Positions 48,534 to 60,593 of a DNA stretch of 64,000 bases are shown piece after piece. A program made the position numbers and the translations under genes. The stretch comes from Elsinoe ampelina (lineage: Eukaryota): positions 1,925,328 to 1,989,327 of the forward strand of contig ML992503.1 of NCBI GenBank assembly GCA_010093995.1. Reading direction: 5' to 3'. Under the pieces are notes generated by a model, which searched no databases, was not told where the DNA came from, and worked only from the letters and a program-made list of their open reading frames with translations. Every line of letters starts with the position of its first letter. Within the stretch, counting starts at the first letter, position 1.

Positions 48534-49030
48534 GCTGACCTCTACAAAGGCGATAAAAGAATGACTGAAATGAGTGACTGTACAATAGTCAAGGCACCTG
48601 CCTGACAGCGAATGGTATGTAAAGAACGACTAGGTCAGATAGACCAAAAGGACCGAATGCAGGTGGTGAGAGGGAAAGAGGAAGCGGGTAGAAAGCAGAC
48701 AAAAGAGAGGATCTGACGCCACGACTAGTGCAAGACCATACACAAACCGCTGGGGGCAAAACCGTCTTTGCCCTCTGTGCGCTACCATGCAGGAGTCAGT
48801 TGTGGTCCCGTCATGTTGGGAATAAGACAAGCTCAAAGGCTCTGACGATCCTGGACATGGAGACAGGAAATTGCACCGTGACCACTGACGGTGTCAGGCA
48901 GAGAGGGACCAGATCTGGGCGGCGGTAGACGGTGCAGACCGAACGGCGGTCGTGTAATGGAAATGGAAGAGAAGAAAGGTTCGGCACGACAGGCCAATGG
49001 AAAGAGAGCAAGACAGCCACCTGAGACGAA

Positions 49031-49070
49031 GGCTGCAGAGGGCTGCAGAGGGTTGCAGAGGGTTGCAGAG
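49031..49070 (+). repeat. 10-bp tandem repeat (GGYTGCAGAG)x4
   Basis: ggctgcagag ggctgcagag ggttgcagag ggttgcagag, upstream of the secreted-protein gene. Confidence 0.9.
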
Positions 49071-49639
49071 AGGGTAGTCTCAGGGAGATGGAAAAATGAG
49101 GAGAAGGACTTGCGGAGGCATCGAGGCGGCGTTTCAAATACAAAGCTTCGTCTTTCCGCACGGCCTCGTTCCCCCATTTACCGCCACCTCCCGTCCGTCA
49201 CATTTTCCTGCCATGGCCGTCACTGGTGGATCTGTCCTCGTCAAATGGTTCGTTGGCATTTCGAGCAAGATTGCAACATCAAAGCTACCATCTCTAGATT
49301 ATTCATGCTCCACTATGTACGAGATGAGGTGCTAGGGCTGTCCGTCAGTGGCGGTCAAGGCCGTCAAAAGACTCTGAATACTTGTGGCGCAGACCGTGAC
49401 GGACATATACATTGTCCTTAATCCCCTCTCATCTCAATGCCTGCGGGCATCCGACGATTGTCCGGACTAGTGTAAGATCATCACGTCGAAGCTCAGCCTG
49501 CCATTTATATCGGAAGCTTGGCTGCGCTCATACATCCTCACCACTGCGGGCGGTTCCTTATCCCTGACAGTACAGGGCCATGGAGTGGTATTTGCTGTGG
49601 CTCTCTCCCCCGGCGTCCTTCAGATTCATCTAGATTCAT

Positions 49640-50411
49640 CTACAGCGATTTGCCCATGAATTTCCGCTTTTGAAAGCTCAACCAAAACTGCAATAAACAT
49701 CAGTATCAGCATGACATGTGCAGAGTGGCTTTGTTACTGACCTTGCTCGGGACAGCTTCGGAGCCATAGACACGATTCAGTAATCGCACAGCCAGCTCTT
49801 GTCTCATCTGGTTGAGGTACTGACGCAGGACTTCGGCCTCGTTCCTGTCTCGTGGAGGCTCAAAGGCCTGGTTGAGGGGAAAGGTCGCATCACCCGGTAT
49901 CGCAAAGTTTGTGTCCAGAGCTGTATTCATGACCGCCTGGAAATCATCAGTCCAGTGTCCTCGGATATCGTCTCATGACCATATTACCCACCTTCTCTGC
50001 ATCCCGTCTGTTCATGCCTGGCTTGATCTTACTCAATGCCTCGCTCACGAATAGAATACCATAGATCAACACTCTATCCGCAGGACCCTTGACCTCGAAG
50101 TTGCGGAAGAATGTGTTTGCTCGGAATAATGATATGATCTCATCCAAGGGATCGTAGGACTCGTGTGATGCATCTATTGTGAGCTCGGTGACATCGGCGG
50201 GGAGAGGTGGTAATTGTTGCGCTGGACCGCGAGTTCGTGTTCGGAGAGGGAGAAGTGCAAAGTTGCCTGCGTCCATCAGATATGCCTTATGGTGTCTCTA
50301 TCCGCTTCATACCGATCAATTGCTGATTCGGTTCGTCCAGGAAGACCGAGTGATATGCCTGGAAGAGGTCAGCTTCGTTTCGAGCGCGCAGGGAGCTAGA
50401 CGGACCGGCAT
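49640..50411 (-). CDS. ARC18: Arp2/3 complex subunit 3 (p21/Arc18), 5 exons
   Basis: MP|AYHSVF, |GNFALLPLRTRTRGPA, FRANTFFRNFEVKGPADRVLIYG, FAIPGDATFPLN, FWLSFQKRKFMGKSL-TAG. Confidence 0.96.
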
Positions 50412-50819
50412 GACTGGTCAACGTGTGGGAGGTGAGGATGCTAGTACGACGCAATTGGTGGCTACGGTAGTGCGGGTCTGGAGATGCAATGGCAGCGACA
50501 AATAGATGTGGTAGAGCTGCCTGAACGACCTCAAAGTTGGCGTCACCTCTGAATGCGCTTTTCTTGGCATTCCCTCCCCGCCAAAACGAAGCATGGCGGG
50601 GCAAATCTGGATCAATCCATTGGGAATTTTTGTCAATTGCTTCATCACTGCCACAAAACCAGCCAATTGCTTGAGAACTGGTCATACTTGGTTGCGAGAG
50701 TTGCGAACAATATTCGAAGCCATTTCAGGATTGCCTAATCAAACAGTGAAGCGCTGTAGGACGCGCGACACTCGATCATAAATTCTTCCACAACTTTTTC
50801 TCCGCGCGCGACCCTGAAC

Positions 50820-53069
50820 ATGTTCACTATCAGTCAGTATGCCAATGCTGTTGTGGACATTTGTCTAAACAGATACAGAGGTCCCGTGCTCTTCGGCCAA
50901 CATAGGTAATGATATCACCCAATAAAACATACCTTCAGTCTGACTCCTACAGGCCCTGGCTTTGATGTCATTGGTCTCGCCTTATCAGTATGGCTGGAGA
51001 TCAACGTATCGGTAGACTCGTCCAAGACGACTTCAGATCAGCGATTCAATTGCAGAATCACATACGAAGGACTCGGAAAGGACGATGTCGAACTGGTAGC
51101 GGACCGGAACCTGATCACCCAGACCGCCCTTTACGTACTCCGATGCCACGATCAACACGCATTCCCGGTAGAGACCCAGGTCCACATTATCAACCCCATC
51201 CCCCTTGGGCGAGGTCTTGGATCCTCTGGCGCTGCCGTCGTAGCAGGTGTGATGCTGGCGAACGAGGTCGGCAAGCTGGGTCTAAGCAAAGATCGACTAC
51301 TGGACTTTTGCCTTATGATCGAACGGCATCCGGACAATGTGGCAGCCGCGCTCTTTGGTGGGTTTGTCGGATCATATCTCAAGGAGCTCAACCCGGAAGA
51401 CCTCAAAAGACGAGAGATTCCCTTATCAGAAGTCCTCCCAGCACCTGCTGGCGGTGAAGATACCGGCTTAAAGCCTCCCGTTCCTCCAGTCAACATCGGC
51501 AAGCATATCAAGTTCAAATGGGCGCCCGAGATCAAATGTATAGCCATCATCCCCGACTTTGAAGTCTCCACCGCAAAGGCTCGCTCAGTCCTGCCCACCG
51601 AGTACCCCAAGGCAGACGTCATCTCTAACCTTCAGCGAATCGCTCTCCTTACAACAGCTTTGGGTCAATCCCCACCCAACCCCGAACTCATCTACGACGG
51701 CATGCAAGACAAAGTCCACCAGCCATACCGCAAGACTCTCATCCCCGGTTTGACCGAGATCCTCCAATCCGTCACCCCTGAATCCCACCCTGGCCTTCTC
51801 GGCATCTGTCTCTCCGGCGCCGGTCCCACTATCCTCGCCCTCGCCACCGACAACTTCTCCTCCATCGCCGAACACCTGATAACACAATTCTCCAAGGCCT
51901 CCATCACCTGCGAATGGAAGCTCCTCACCCCAGCCTACGACGGTGCCACCGTCACTTACGCCTCCGTCCCGTCCACCGCACAACCCGGCCTCACATACGC
52001 CCAATCCGGCGTCTCCATCGACTCGGGCAACCTCTTCGTCCAAAAGATCAAACCGCTCGTGAAATCCACCCGCCGCCCCGGCGCCGACGCCTCGATAGGC
52101 GGTTTCGGCGGGGCCCTCGACCTCCGCGCCGCCGGCTACGAGCAATCCCCCATCCTAGTCCAAGCCATCGACGGCATCGGCACGAAACTCAAACTCGCCT
52201 TCGCGCTCCGCTCCTACCACAACGTCGGCATCGACCTCGTCGCCATGAACGTCAACGACCTCATCGTGCAAGGCGCCGAACCCCTCAGCTTCCTAGACTA
52301 CTACGCCACCGGCCGCCTCGACGTGGAGCAGGCAGCCGAACTCGTCGCCGGTGTCGCGGACGGGTGCAGGCAAAGTAACTGCGCTCTCGTGGGCGGCGAG
52401 ACGGCGGAGATGCCCTCTCTGTACAGCGAGGGGGAGTTCGACGCGGCAGGGTGCGCGACGGGCGCCATCCCCCGGGGGAAAACCGTCTTGCCCGACACGG
52501 CCGCGATGAAAGCCGGAGACGTCCTCGTCGGCCTCGCGTCGACGGGCGTGCACAGCAACGGCTTCTCCCTCGTGCGCAAAATCGTCGAGCGTTCGGGCGT
52601 CGAGTGGTTCTCTCCTCCCCCCTTCCCTGTCGGACCAGGTGACGGGGCAAAGTCGTTGGGCCAGATCCTCCTCACGCCCACGAAGATCTACGTGCGCAGT
52701 CTGCTCAAGGTGACGCAGAGGGATCTGGTAAAGGGCATGGCGCATATCACCGGTGGAGGCTTGTGGGATAATATCCCGCGTATGTTGCCAGGTCATCTTG
52801 GGGCTGATCTGGATGCTGCGAACTGGGAGGTGCCGCGGGTGATGAGGTGGTTGAAGAAGGAGGGGGGCGTGGAGGGGAAGGAGTTTGCGAGGACGTGGAA
52901 TACGGGGTTGGGCATGGTGTTGGTCGTTGCTGCGGAGTTGGTGGAGGAGGTCAAGGGTGTGCTGGAGGGGGAGGGGGAGAAGGTGTATGTTGTCGGTAAG
53001 GTGGTGGAGAAGGAGGACATTGGTGGGGAGGAAGTGGCGGTCAAAGGCATGGAGAGATGGGATGAGTAG
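50820..53069 (+). CDS. Fusion protein: homoserine kinase (Thr1) plus AIR synthetase (PurM/Ade7), about 718 aa
   Basis: Exons 50820-50832, 50879-50905, 50953-53069. KVPCSSANIGPGFD, PLGRGLGSSG, HPDN, LSGAGPT (GHMP kinase); then LTYAQSGVSIDSGN, DGIGTKL, DLVAMNVNDL, VGGETAEMP, HSNGFSLVR, HITGGG (AIRS) in one open exon. Confidence 0.93.
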
Positions 53070-53479
53070 GGTTCCTTTGCTTCGGAGATTTATGACACCA
53101 GTTCGCGGAACATCAAAGGTAGATATAGAAGGTGATCGCATTCGGCGCTACAGCTTAAAAAGTATTATCATTGCGTCGTCTCGTCATTCGCCCGAACACC
53201 ATTGAGCGGAACCTCAACATGGAAGTCCACATTGGACAAAAGACAAATGACAGCCTGCCCTGCCTGACGAGAAAGTAAAACCCGTATCAACAAGGAAATC
53301 GTGGGTATCAATCATTCATCCAATCATATCCCGTGTCCAGCCCTCCTTCCATCTGTCCATCCCCGGCGCTGTGAAGCGTGTCACTCTGTGTTTGTTCGTG
53401 TCTCGTGTCTTATGCTCTGTCGTCAAATCTTCAGTCTCCTTGTCCACACCTTCATAAGCAGTCCCACTCCACGATCACT

Positions 53480-55807
53480 CTAGAATCTGGAAGTCACGCT
53501 GCGACCAAGCGGCGGTCTACCACCTCTGGCCTTGACGGGGCTGCCATTGCTGCCGGCGAAGCGTTGCTGGTTACCAATCTTGCCAAAGTCTTGCATAATG
53601 TCAAATCCCTCCTCGCTGGCATCCGATGGTACGGTCAAGTTGAACTCGACAGCTCCGGTAGTGATCTCCTTGCTCACGCTGTTGTTACGAGAAGGAGACA
53701 TGCCGCCGAAGAGGCTATCAATGTTGAGATCCAACCACTCAGGGCAGCTATCACTGGGCAAGCCAGCATTTGAGATGCGTTTCACCGGTGACATGCCTGG
53801 CATTGGCGACTTCTGAATGATGGAGTTCGGTGTCATTTCGAATGCCGGATATGCCAAAGCGAATGGCGAGTCGATACCAGCGGCAGCAGAAGTGGCAGAC
53901 GCTGTGGCGCGGCTCAATGTGTTGCCGGTAATGTCGGCCAAGATACCAGTGCTGGTGACAGCACGGGTAATGGTCGGTCGGCGCTTGTCTGGTGACCCAC
54001 GAGAAGCGAGGTCGTCGTTGTCGAAGTCAAAAGGCTGGAAGGAGGATCCAAAGATAGAATCACGCCAAGGAGTCATGTTGTTTGACCTTTCCGGTGACAT
54101 GAAGAAGTCATTGTCGAGCACGTTGCTGAAATGGGGTGACCAATTGGACCAGCTGTCCCGGAGTGGTGACATGGCAACCTTGCTTGGAGAGTCACCGAGC
54201 AGCTTCTGCATCCTCTCTCTGTGATGTTTCAGATTGGTGTTTGGAGAGATCGATGGAGGCGGAAGAGCAGGTCGCTTGAAGATGACAGCAGCTGGTGTGG
54301 CGGGAGCTGCACGGGTGACTTGCTGCCTCTTCGGCGAAGACAGGTCGAATTGGACAGAGATCTTTCTGCGGTGACCGTGCTCTTTCGATGGACTATCATA
54401 TGAAGAGCTTCGAATGCGGGCGATCTCGTCTTCAGCGCGGCCACCACCATGACGGGGACGATCGGCTTCTGAGGTTGGCATGACATTCGCGTAGCCAGGA
54501 CCACGTGGAACTGACGACTCGATGGATGAGTAGTAGCCACTGTCGTTCACGCGACTGCCAAAATCGGTCTTCCGTCCATGAGCCCTGTTCTGCTTTGGTG
54601 GAGTATCCTCACGGTCTTCATGGAGAGGTGGTGGAGAAGACTTGATATCTTCCGCTGGTGGGGAAGAACGAATGTTGCGAGATGCAGGAGGAGGCATGTT
54701 GGAAGATGCGTCTTGATCTTCATCGCCGAGAGCAGGATCGGAGGCAGGTAGAGTACCGTCCGAAGAAAGGTTATCATCAGGGAACTTGCTGGAATCGACG
54801 GCCTTGGAATCGAAACGCTTTGCCGATGACGGCGCGAGAGTGAAGGATCCAACAGCCGGCGTAGAAGAGTTCTTGTAAAAGTCGTGTTGTGTGGCTTGGA
54901 CAAAGGTCGAATCACCAGCCTTGATGGGACGGAGTGGACGATCTTTGACCATGAATGTCTTCTCTTCCCCAGGCTTGATGATCCAGTAGTTGCCCTTTCC
55001 TGGGTCATCCTTGGGTCTCTCTTGCTTGATGAAGTTCTTGTTGAGAGACAAGTTGTGTCGGATACTGTTCTGCCAGCCAGTGTCGGCGACGCGGTAGAAC
55101 TTGTAATGATCTGAGATCCACTTGTAGATCTGGGCGAGGGTGAGGCGTCGGTTGGGAGCGCGAAGGATGGCCATGCCGATGAGGTTTGCGTAGCTGATAG
55201 GCGGCTTCGTGCCATCGTCATCAACCTCGGGCATCTCTGAGGGGTCAGGAAGGACGAATGATGGAGCCTCCTCAATCTTGACCTTTTTGTTGCTTGAGGG
55301 AACCTTGTGTGAGGGCGGTAGCATCGCTTCCGGCTGGTATCCACGCTTCAATGGCGCCTTGTGTCCATACATGTTTCCCGGATATTGCTGCCCATAATCG
55401 AACGACGGCACTTGAAACATGTTCTCCTTGTCCATCTGTGCTGGGTATGCTCCGAATAAAGCGTCTGATGACGGGACACTGGGCATCATAGGTTGTTGGG
55501 TATGATAGAAGAAAGAATTCTTTGTCGGCGAATCTACTTTGTAGGTTGACGGGACGGGAGGGGGTATGCAGACGCTGTTCAAGCTACGTCCACCAAGCGG
55601 CCCGCCTGGGGAGCTGGTCTGTCGTTCTGCTTTTCGGGGAGACGTCAAGGAATGATGTTGTGAGGATGGTTGGAGAATGATATTCTGTCGCGCCTGATTC
55701 TCCTGAGACAATGCGTGGTATAGCTCTGCCTCTACGTCGCCGTGGTATTGATAGGTGACGGGGTCTTGGTAGATGTCGAGCGGGGTCGCACGACGCGTCG
55801 AAGCCAT
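53480..55807 (-). CDS. Forkhead transcription factor (Sep1/Hcm1-like)
   Basis: KPPISYANLIGMAILRAPNRRLTLAQIYKWI...WQNSIRHNLSLNKNF...PGKGNYW; no FHA domain; KEN box; many S/T-P sites. Confidence 0.92.
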   Translation of the reverse strand: MASTRRATPLDIYQDPVTYQYHGDVEAELYHALSQENQARQNIILQPSSQHHSLTSPRKAERQTSSPGGPLGGRSLNSVCIPPPVPSTYKVDSPTKNSFFYHTQQPMMPSVPSSDALFGAYPAQMDKENMFQVPSFDYGQQYPGNMYGHKAPLKRGYQPEAMLPPSHKVPSSNKKVKIEEAPSFVLPDPSEMPEVDDDGTKPPISYANLIGMAILRAPNRRLTLAQIYKWISDHYKFYRVADTGWQNSIRHNLSLNKNFIKQERPKDDPGKGNYWIIKPGEEKTFMVKDRPLRPIKAGDSTFVQATQHDFYKNSSTPAVGSFTLAPSSAKRFDSKAVDSSKFPDDNLSSDGTLPASDPALGDEDQDASSNMPPPASRNIRSSPPAEDIKSSPPPLHEDREDTPPKQNRAHGRKTDFGSRVNDSGYYSSIESSVPRGPGYANVMPTSEADRPRHGGGRAEDEIARIRSSSYDSPSKEHGHRRKISVQFDLSSPKRQQVTRAAPATPAAVIFKRPALPPPSISPNTNLKHHRERMQKLLGDSPSKVAMSPLRDSWSNWSPHFSNVLDNDFFMSPERSNNMTPWRDSIFGSSFQPFDFDNDDLASRGSPDKRRPTITRAVTSTGILADITGNTLSRATASATSAAAGIDSPFALAYPAFEMTPNSIIQKSPMPGMSPVKRISNAGLPSDSCPEWLDLNIDSLFGGMSPSRNNSVSKEITTGAVEFNLTVPSDASEEGFDIMQDFGKIGNQQRFAGSNGSPVKARGGRPPLGRSVTSRF

Positions 55808-56411
55808 CGCCAACGGGCGAGACTGGAGATAGAGGGTTGTCGATAGGATAGATCAGGCCCAACGACGCGAGACTGATCGATAGCGATTAGTATAGATGGT
55901 GGTTGTGGTTGTGGGTGGAGGTTTGAGAGCGGAGGTGGGACCTGGTTGTCAGATGGACGTAATGTAGGCGGAGACAAGACCAGGAAATGCAGGTCGGGAT
56001 GCCAGATAAGTCTAAAAGGAGCCACTGGATCAATGGCGGTGGCAAAGGAGGACGTCTTGTGAGGTAAAATTGCAGACGTTTTGTCGGTTGGTGGGATGGT
56101 TCAGCGTCTTTTCTGCAGGCGTAGCTTGAAGCAGAGGCAGAGTGAGGATCCGATGCTAGCGGACGAGGCCAGTGCGCAAGGCAGGGATGACGGGACACAG
56201 AGGATCTGGCTGGCGCTTAAAAGACGAGAGAATTTGTCAATCGGGAAGAAGAGTATGTATGCGGGCAGAGTGATGTTTATGCGGAGAGTCTCTGTGTTTT
56301 GCCGACAATGCAGGTACGAGAAGAGCTGGCAAGGTACAGGGACGAACAGAAAGACAAAGGGCGAGCGTGACAGTATGACCAAGAGGACGAGCAGAGGTCG
56401 AGATGAGGGGA

Positions 56412-56692
56412 ACGCGTCGCGAAAGGCGGCACATGTGGAAGCAAGGAAACTCCTCCCACCAGGAAAAGGCCAGGATGCCTGTCTCGACCGAAAAGTGGGT
56501 CTGGCCCAAGCTAGGGACGCGCTAAATCCACGAAAGTAACGTGACCGGCATCTGATTGGACGTCGGGACATCCAGCTCTCATTTTTTGAATCTGCCGCTT
56601 TTGACAAGAGGCTCAGAATGGCTCCTCGTCGTGGCTCGCCTCTGGTTCGACATATCTGTCTGCTGCGCACTTGGACAGGCTGAACCACGCGT
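56412..56692. promoter_or_regulatory. Putative MCB/SCB (G1/S) elements upstream of the forkhead gene
   Basis: ACGCGT 56412-56417 abutting CGCGAAA 56418-56424; CACGAAA 56529-56535; ACGCGT 56687-56692. Confidence 0.4.
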
Positions 56693-58698
56693 TCTCGTCG
56701 CAGATGGCGCTCATCGTCGATGGGTATGGTGATCTGCCGGGACACCAAGGAAAATCAGGTTCCCGTGCCTGGCCTGGATCCGGAACTACGGTCCACTCTC
56801 GTCATGCCTCATTTGACTCGCCAGGGCACGACCATATGTTCATCTCTGACACGCGACGGGCGTGCTCTGATGTGCTCAAATTCTGTAAAATCTCTGGTAA
56901 GGACGAATTTAATCGTGTCTCGCAACAGGCCGACGACCACGAAGCCCGCGATACGTGATATCCCATTATTAGCCGCCCGATCTTCTCCATGCCAAATGAG
57001 GTAGGGCATAAGGTAGTCTCCTCTCGCATTCCTGATTTGGGACCTCTCGATCTCAAAAGGATCCCGGAACAGTCTGCATCGGGACTTTGACTGCTCACGG
57101 CTCCGTCGACTTGCAGGAGACACAGGGGACGCCGTTTCTTTATCAACGGCCACCGCTCCGTCCCCTCAAGAATGACATTCCCTTCGGAACAGATCCTTCG
57201 TCCAGACCACATGCGAATGATGCGAGACAGCGCCGGCTGCAGTCGTCGGGAGGAACCTTGCACCAACCTTGACCTTGTTGACTATCGACGGGTATAATCC
57301 TCTGACAGCTGACGACGGACCCCGTCACGAGACGACTTCGATGAAACGTATGCTCTGAGGTGGTGTGCTGACGGGCGGGGAAGATATTAACCCCAACCCG
57401 TACAGGGCAAAGGTAAGTCTTATCGTTAACAGCCACTGCCAACTGTTCGTGAGCCACATGAAACGGTGGGATTCTCACATGTCAGGTTGGATATGCTCGA
57501 ATGGAACACCAACACATGAATATGTGGCAGTATCACACTCAGCGATGCAGGATGTAAACTTCGGACGGGTGGTCGAGGTCGGCTATTCGAACATGGCATC
57601 ACCATGTGCGGACCAGGAGAGATATGCGATCACTCTGCAGACACATGCATGTTTCGCTAAGCCAAGCATCTCAACGGGCACGCAGTACAGTATTGCATGA
57701 TCGAGGCACTCTTCAGCCAGTCGTACGCACAAAAGCATATCACACCTTCGAGAAATTTCCGCGCAACGAGTGTGCTTGGATTTCTCGCAGCGAAAATTTC
57801 TTGGGAGTCCATGGCATGCTCCAAGTCTGGATCTGTGGCGGCACACCTGCCATCGTGGGTCTGGTTGTGTCAAGCCACACCAAGGCGAGCAGCTGCAGGG
57901 ACCATGGCGACCTCTTCTCAGAAACACAGGAACGTCCACGTGCCGCAGCGGAACCGTGAAAGAGATTAATTGTTGGACAATTGCTTGCCCTGGTCGAGGT
58001 GATAATGGATGCGGAGGAGACTTTCGATCTTCTGAGATAAAGAAATGAGGGCGGAGACAAGTTCAAAATAGCGAATCATATTCGCCACGTCGTCCGGAAT
58101 TATCAAGTAGTCCGTGATTGCGTCTTATTCAGCATAAAAAATATCATACTTCGCAAGCACAATATCCGACGAACCGACGGACCAGGATGGTGGGCCGGAA
58201 TGTTTCAGCCACCAGATAGGATATCTACCAGGGTCAGGTCCACGATCCGCTCACCTGACCGCTCAACACTGGCAATGTAACCACTACCAAGACCACAATC
58301 CCGGATGTGGAAGGCATCCAGAGCGAACGAGTATCGCTACCACTGATGTCCGGTCAAGGCAATCGCTCGACCAGCAATTCCGGACCGCCGCAGACATTGG
58401 ATGTGTACGTGTACTCTATCCAAGTATTCCAGGAAGTTGAGCATGCCGGGATACGGATCAACTCGTGGGGCTCGAAGAGTAGATCGACATTTTCGCAGTG
58501 AACCACGTCGGCGATCCACCAAAGTACCACACAATCCCGCACGCCGGGCACGAGAGCTGGCATTGCATGTGTCGCAGCTTGTTTTGAGAGCTGTAACCCG
58601 AGGCCTGACCTGGAGGATGTAGACGGCACTTCCACAGTGACAGTTAGGCAACTCGACAAAACTGCTGACCAGCAGTAAGGCTTTGTGTTGGCAACGAT

Positions 58699-60044
58699 TC
58701 AGTCATCCTCGTCCTTCATCTCGGCGTCCACATCGAGAGGAGAATTATCTCCAAACAAATCGCCATCCATCATGTGGTCATCCAGCTCGTCGTCATCAGC
58801 AATCGTGTCCAGTGTGTTTTCCTTTTGTAGCTTGGGCATGCCGGAATGTTCTGCCGACTCTGCATCTTTGCTTTTGCCCATGTCCATGTCAGCTACTGGG
58901 AAGCTGAGATGTTTCCAGTCCTCAATCTAAATTTCAGGTTAGCATTTGTCGACCGGAGCAGAATTTGGATGTACCTCTTCTATGATACTTTTCAGCCTGT
59001 CCCTGATGCTTTCGACCGCATAGCTTCCGAGCAATAGCCGCAGAGGTGGAAACCTGCAGTGTCCAAGCTGCCAGACCAATTCTGCACTTTTGACCGCGCT
59101 TGTCGGCTGATTATCGTTCATCCATTGAACCATACGTTTGGCATGACCAGCGGGTGCATTTTGATGAGCATATGGTGCGCTCGGAGTTTTGACCAGAAAG
59201 TGTCCGTATGATGGTAGAGGCATCTTGTCTCCTGCTACGTTCTCATCTTCGCTCTTTCCCTTGCCGCCCTTTGCTCTTTTGGCGCCCGGCTCGTCAATGC
59301 GCAGGTGTCCTGGTGCCACCAAGGTCGCTTTTATACCAAACGCATCAATCTCGTAAAGCATACTCTCGATAAGTCCTTCTACAGCATACTTTGTGGCGCA
59401 GTACGGTCCGAGACCAGGGACGCCGAGAGCTCCCGATGTAGAAGAGAAGATGAGATAACGACCAGCATTTCGGGTCCGGAAGTAAGGAAGCGACAACTGA
59501 ATGATGTTGAGGGTGCCGAAGAAGTTTGTCTCGAATTGAGCCCTCATGTCCGAAAGGTCCTGGTCCTCGCAAGCGCCAATGACTCCATAGCCGGTGCAGC
59601 TATCACAAGCTGGTCAGCCCTGTTCTATTTCCCTTCAATTGTGTTCGTACTTTGCAATAATATCAATCCCTCCCCAGTGTGATATTGTCTTCTTAAGCAC
59701 AGCATCCACGGTCTCCCTCAGTCTTACATCACACAGTGCGCCGAGGCAATTGTCGTGCCAGCCCTCCATTTGCTTAATCGTATGCTCCCACGTCCTCCCC
59801 ACTGCCGTCACTTTGTCACCGTGAGCCAGCACACATTTGACCAGAGAGCGACCCATGTGGCCCGTCGCACCAAAGACCTGGATCCTCAGTCAGTCTGGAC
59901 CTTGATCGCCATGTAACTTCGATTGCTCACCACCCATGTCTTCTGCTGCGCAGGATTGGTGTCGCCAGGAGGGTCGCATGATGCTGGTAGGTGAAGCTTG
60001 GAGTCGCCGGCTGGGGTTGAAGGCGACCGCACAAAGTCGTTCAT
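58699..60044 (-). CDS. Short-chain dehydrogenase/reductase with acidic tail, 4 exons
   Basis: TWV|VFGATGHMGRSL Rossmann motif, FETNFFG, SSTSG, YCATK catalytic motif, PPLRLLLGS. Confidence 0.9.
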
Positions 60045-60593
60045 GGATGAGACCACCTTGCCGTCACCCGAGCACCACGGGCGCGGACATGTACACGTTG
60101 TCACCGCGCAATTGACGAACGATGCTGAATGTATTTATCAGCAGCCACGAAGACGAGGTTGAAGTGGGGGTCGAGAGAGCCCTGGAAGCTGCGGAAGCAG
60201 AAACCCACACGGGAACATCTCTCACAGATCCAAACACCGACGTTCCGACTCAATTCCGACCTCTCCGCTGCATGTGCATGACTCGAGGATCCCTCTTCTC
60301 TGCCGTTCCTCGGAAGATCCACCGGTTCTGATCGACACGATTGCAACGTCAATCACATCTTGTCCACACATCTGCCGAATCCTCATCACTTGTTGCACCC
60401 ACCGGCAGATCTAAGGCCCTTGAGTACGCGGCTGCCATCTCTTCCACAACCCCACTAGGGCAAGCACACATCGCGGTTTGCTCACAATCCAAGTCGCCCG
60501 GAGCAGTGTGCACAGCAAATCGTGCATGCCCGCGGTTGCCATCAAAGCCCGATGAGTGTTGTATCTTAGAACATGGCAGGCAATTGAAAGGTC

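Noticed and set aside
58354..58698. Open frame continuing after the SDR TGA
   Set aside because: TGA-ATC is not a known readthrough context, there is no targeting signal at the end, and no domain is recognisable.
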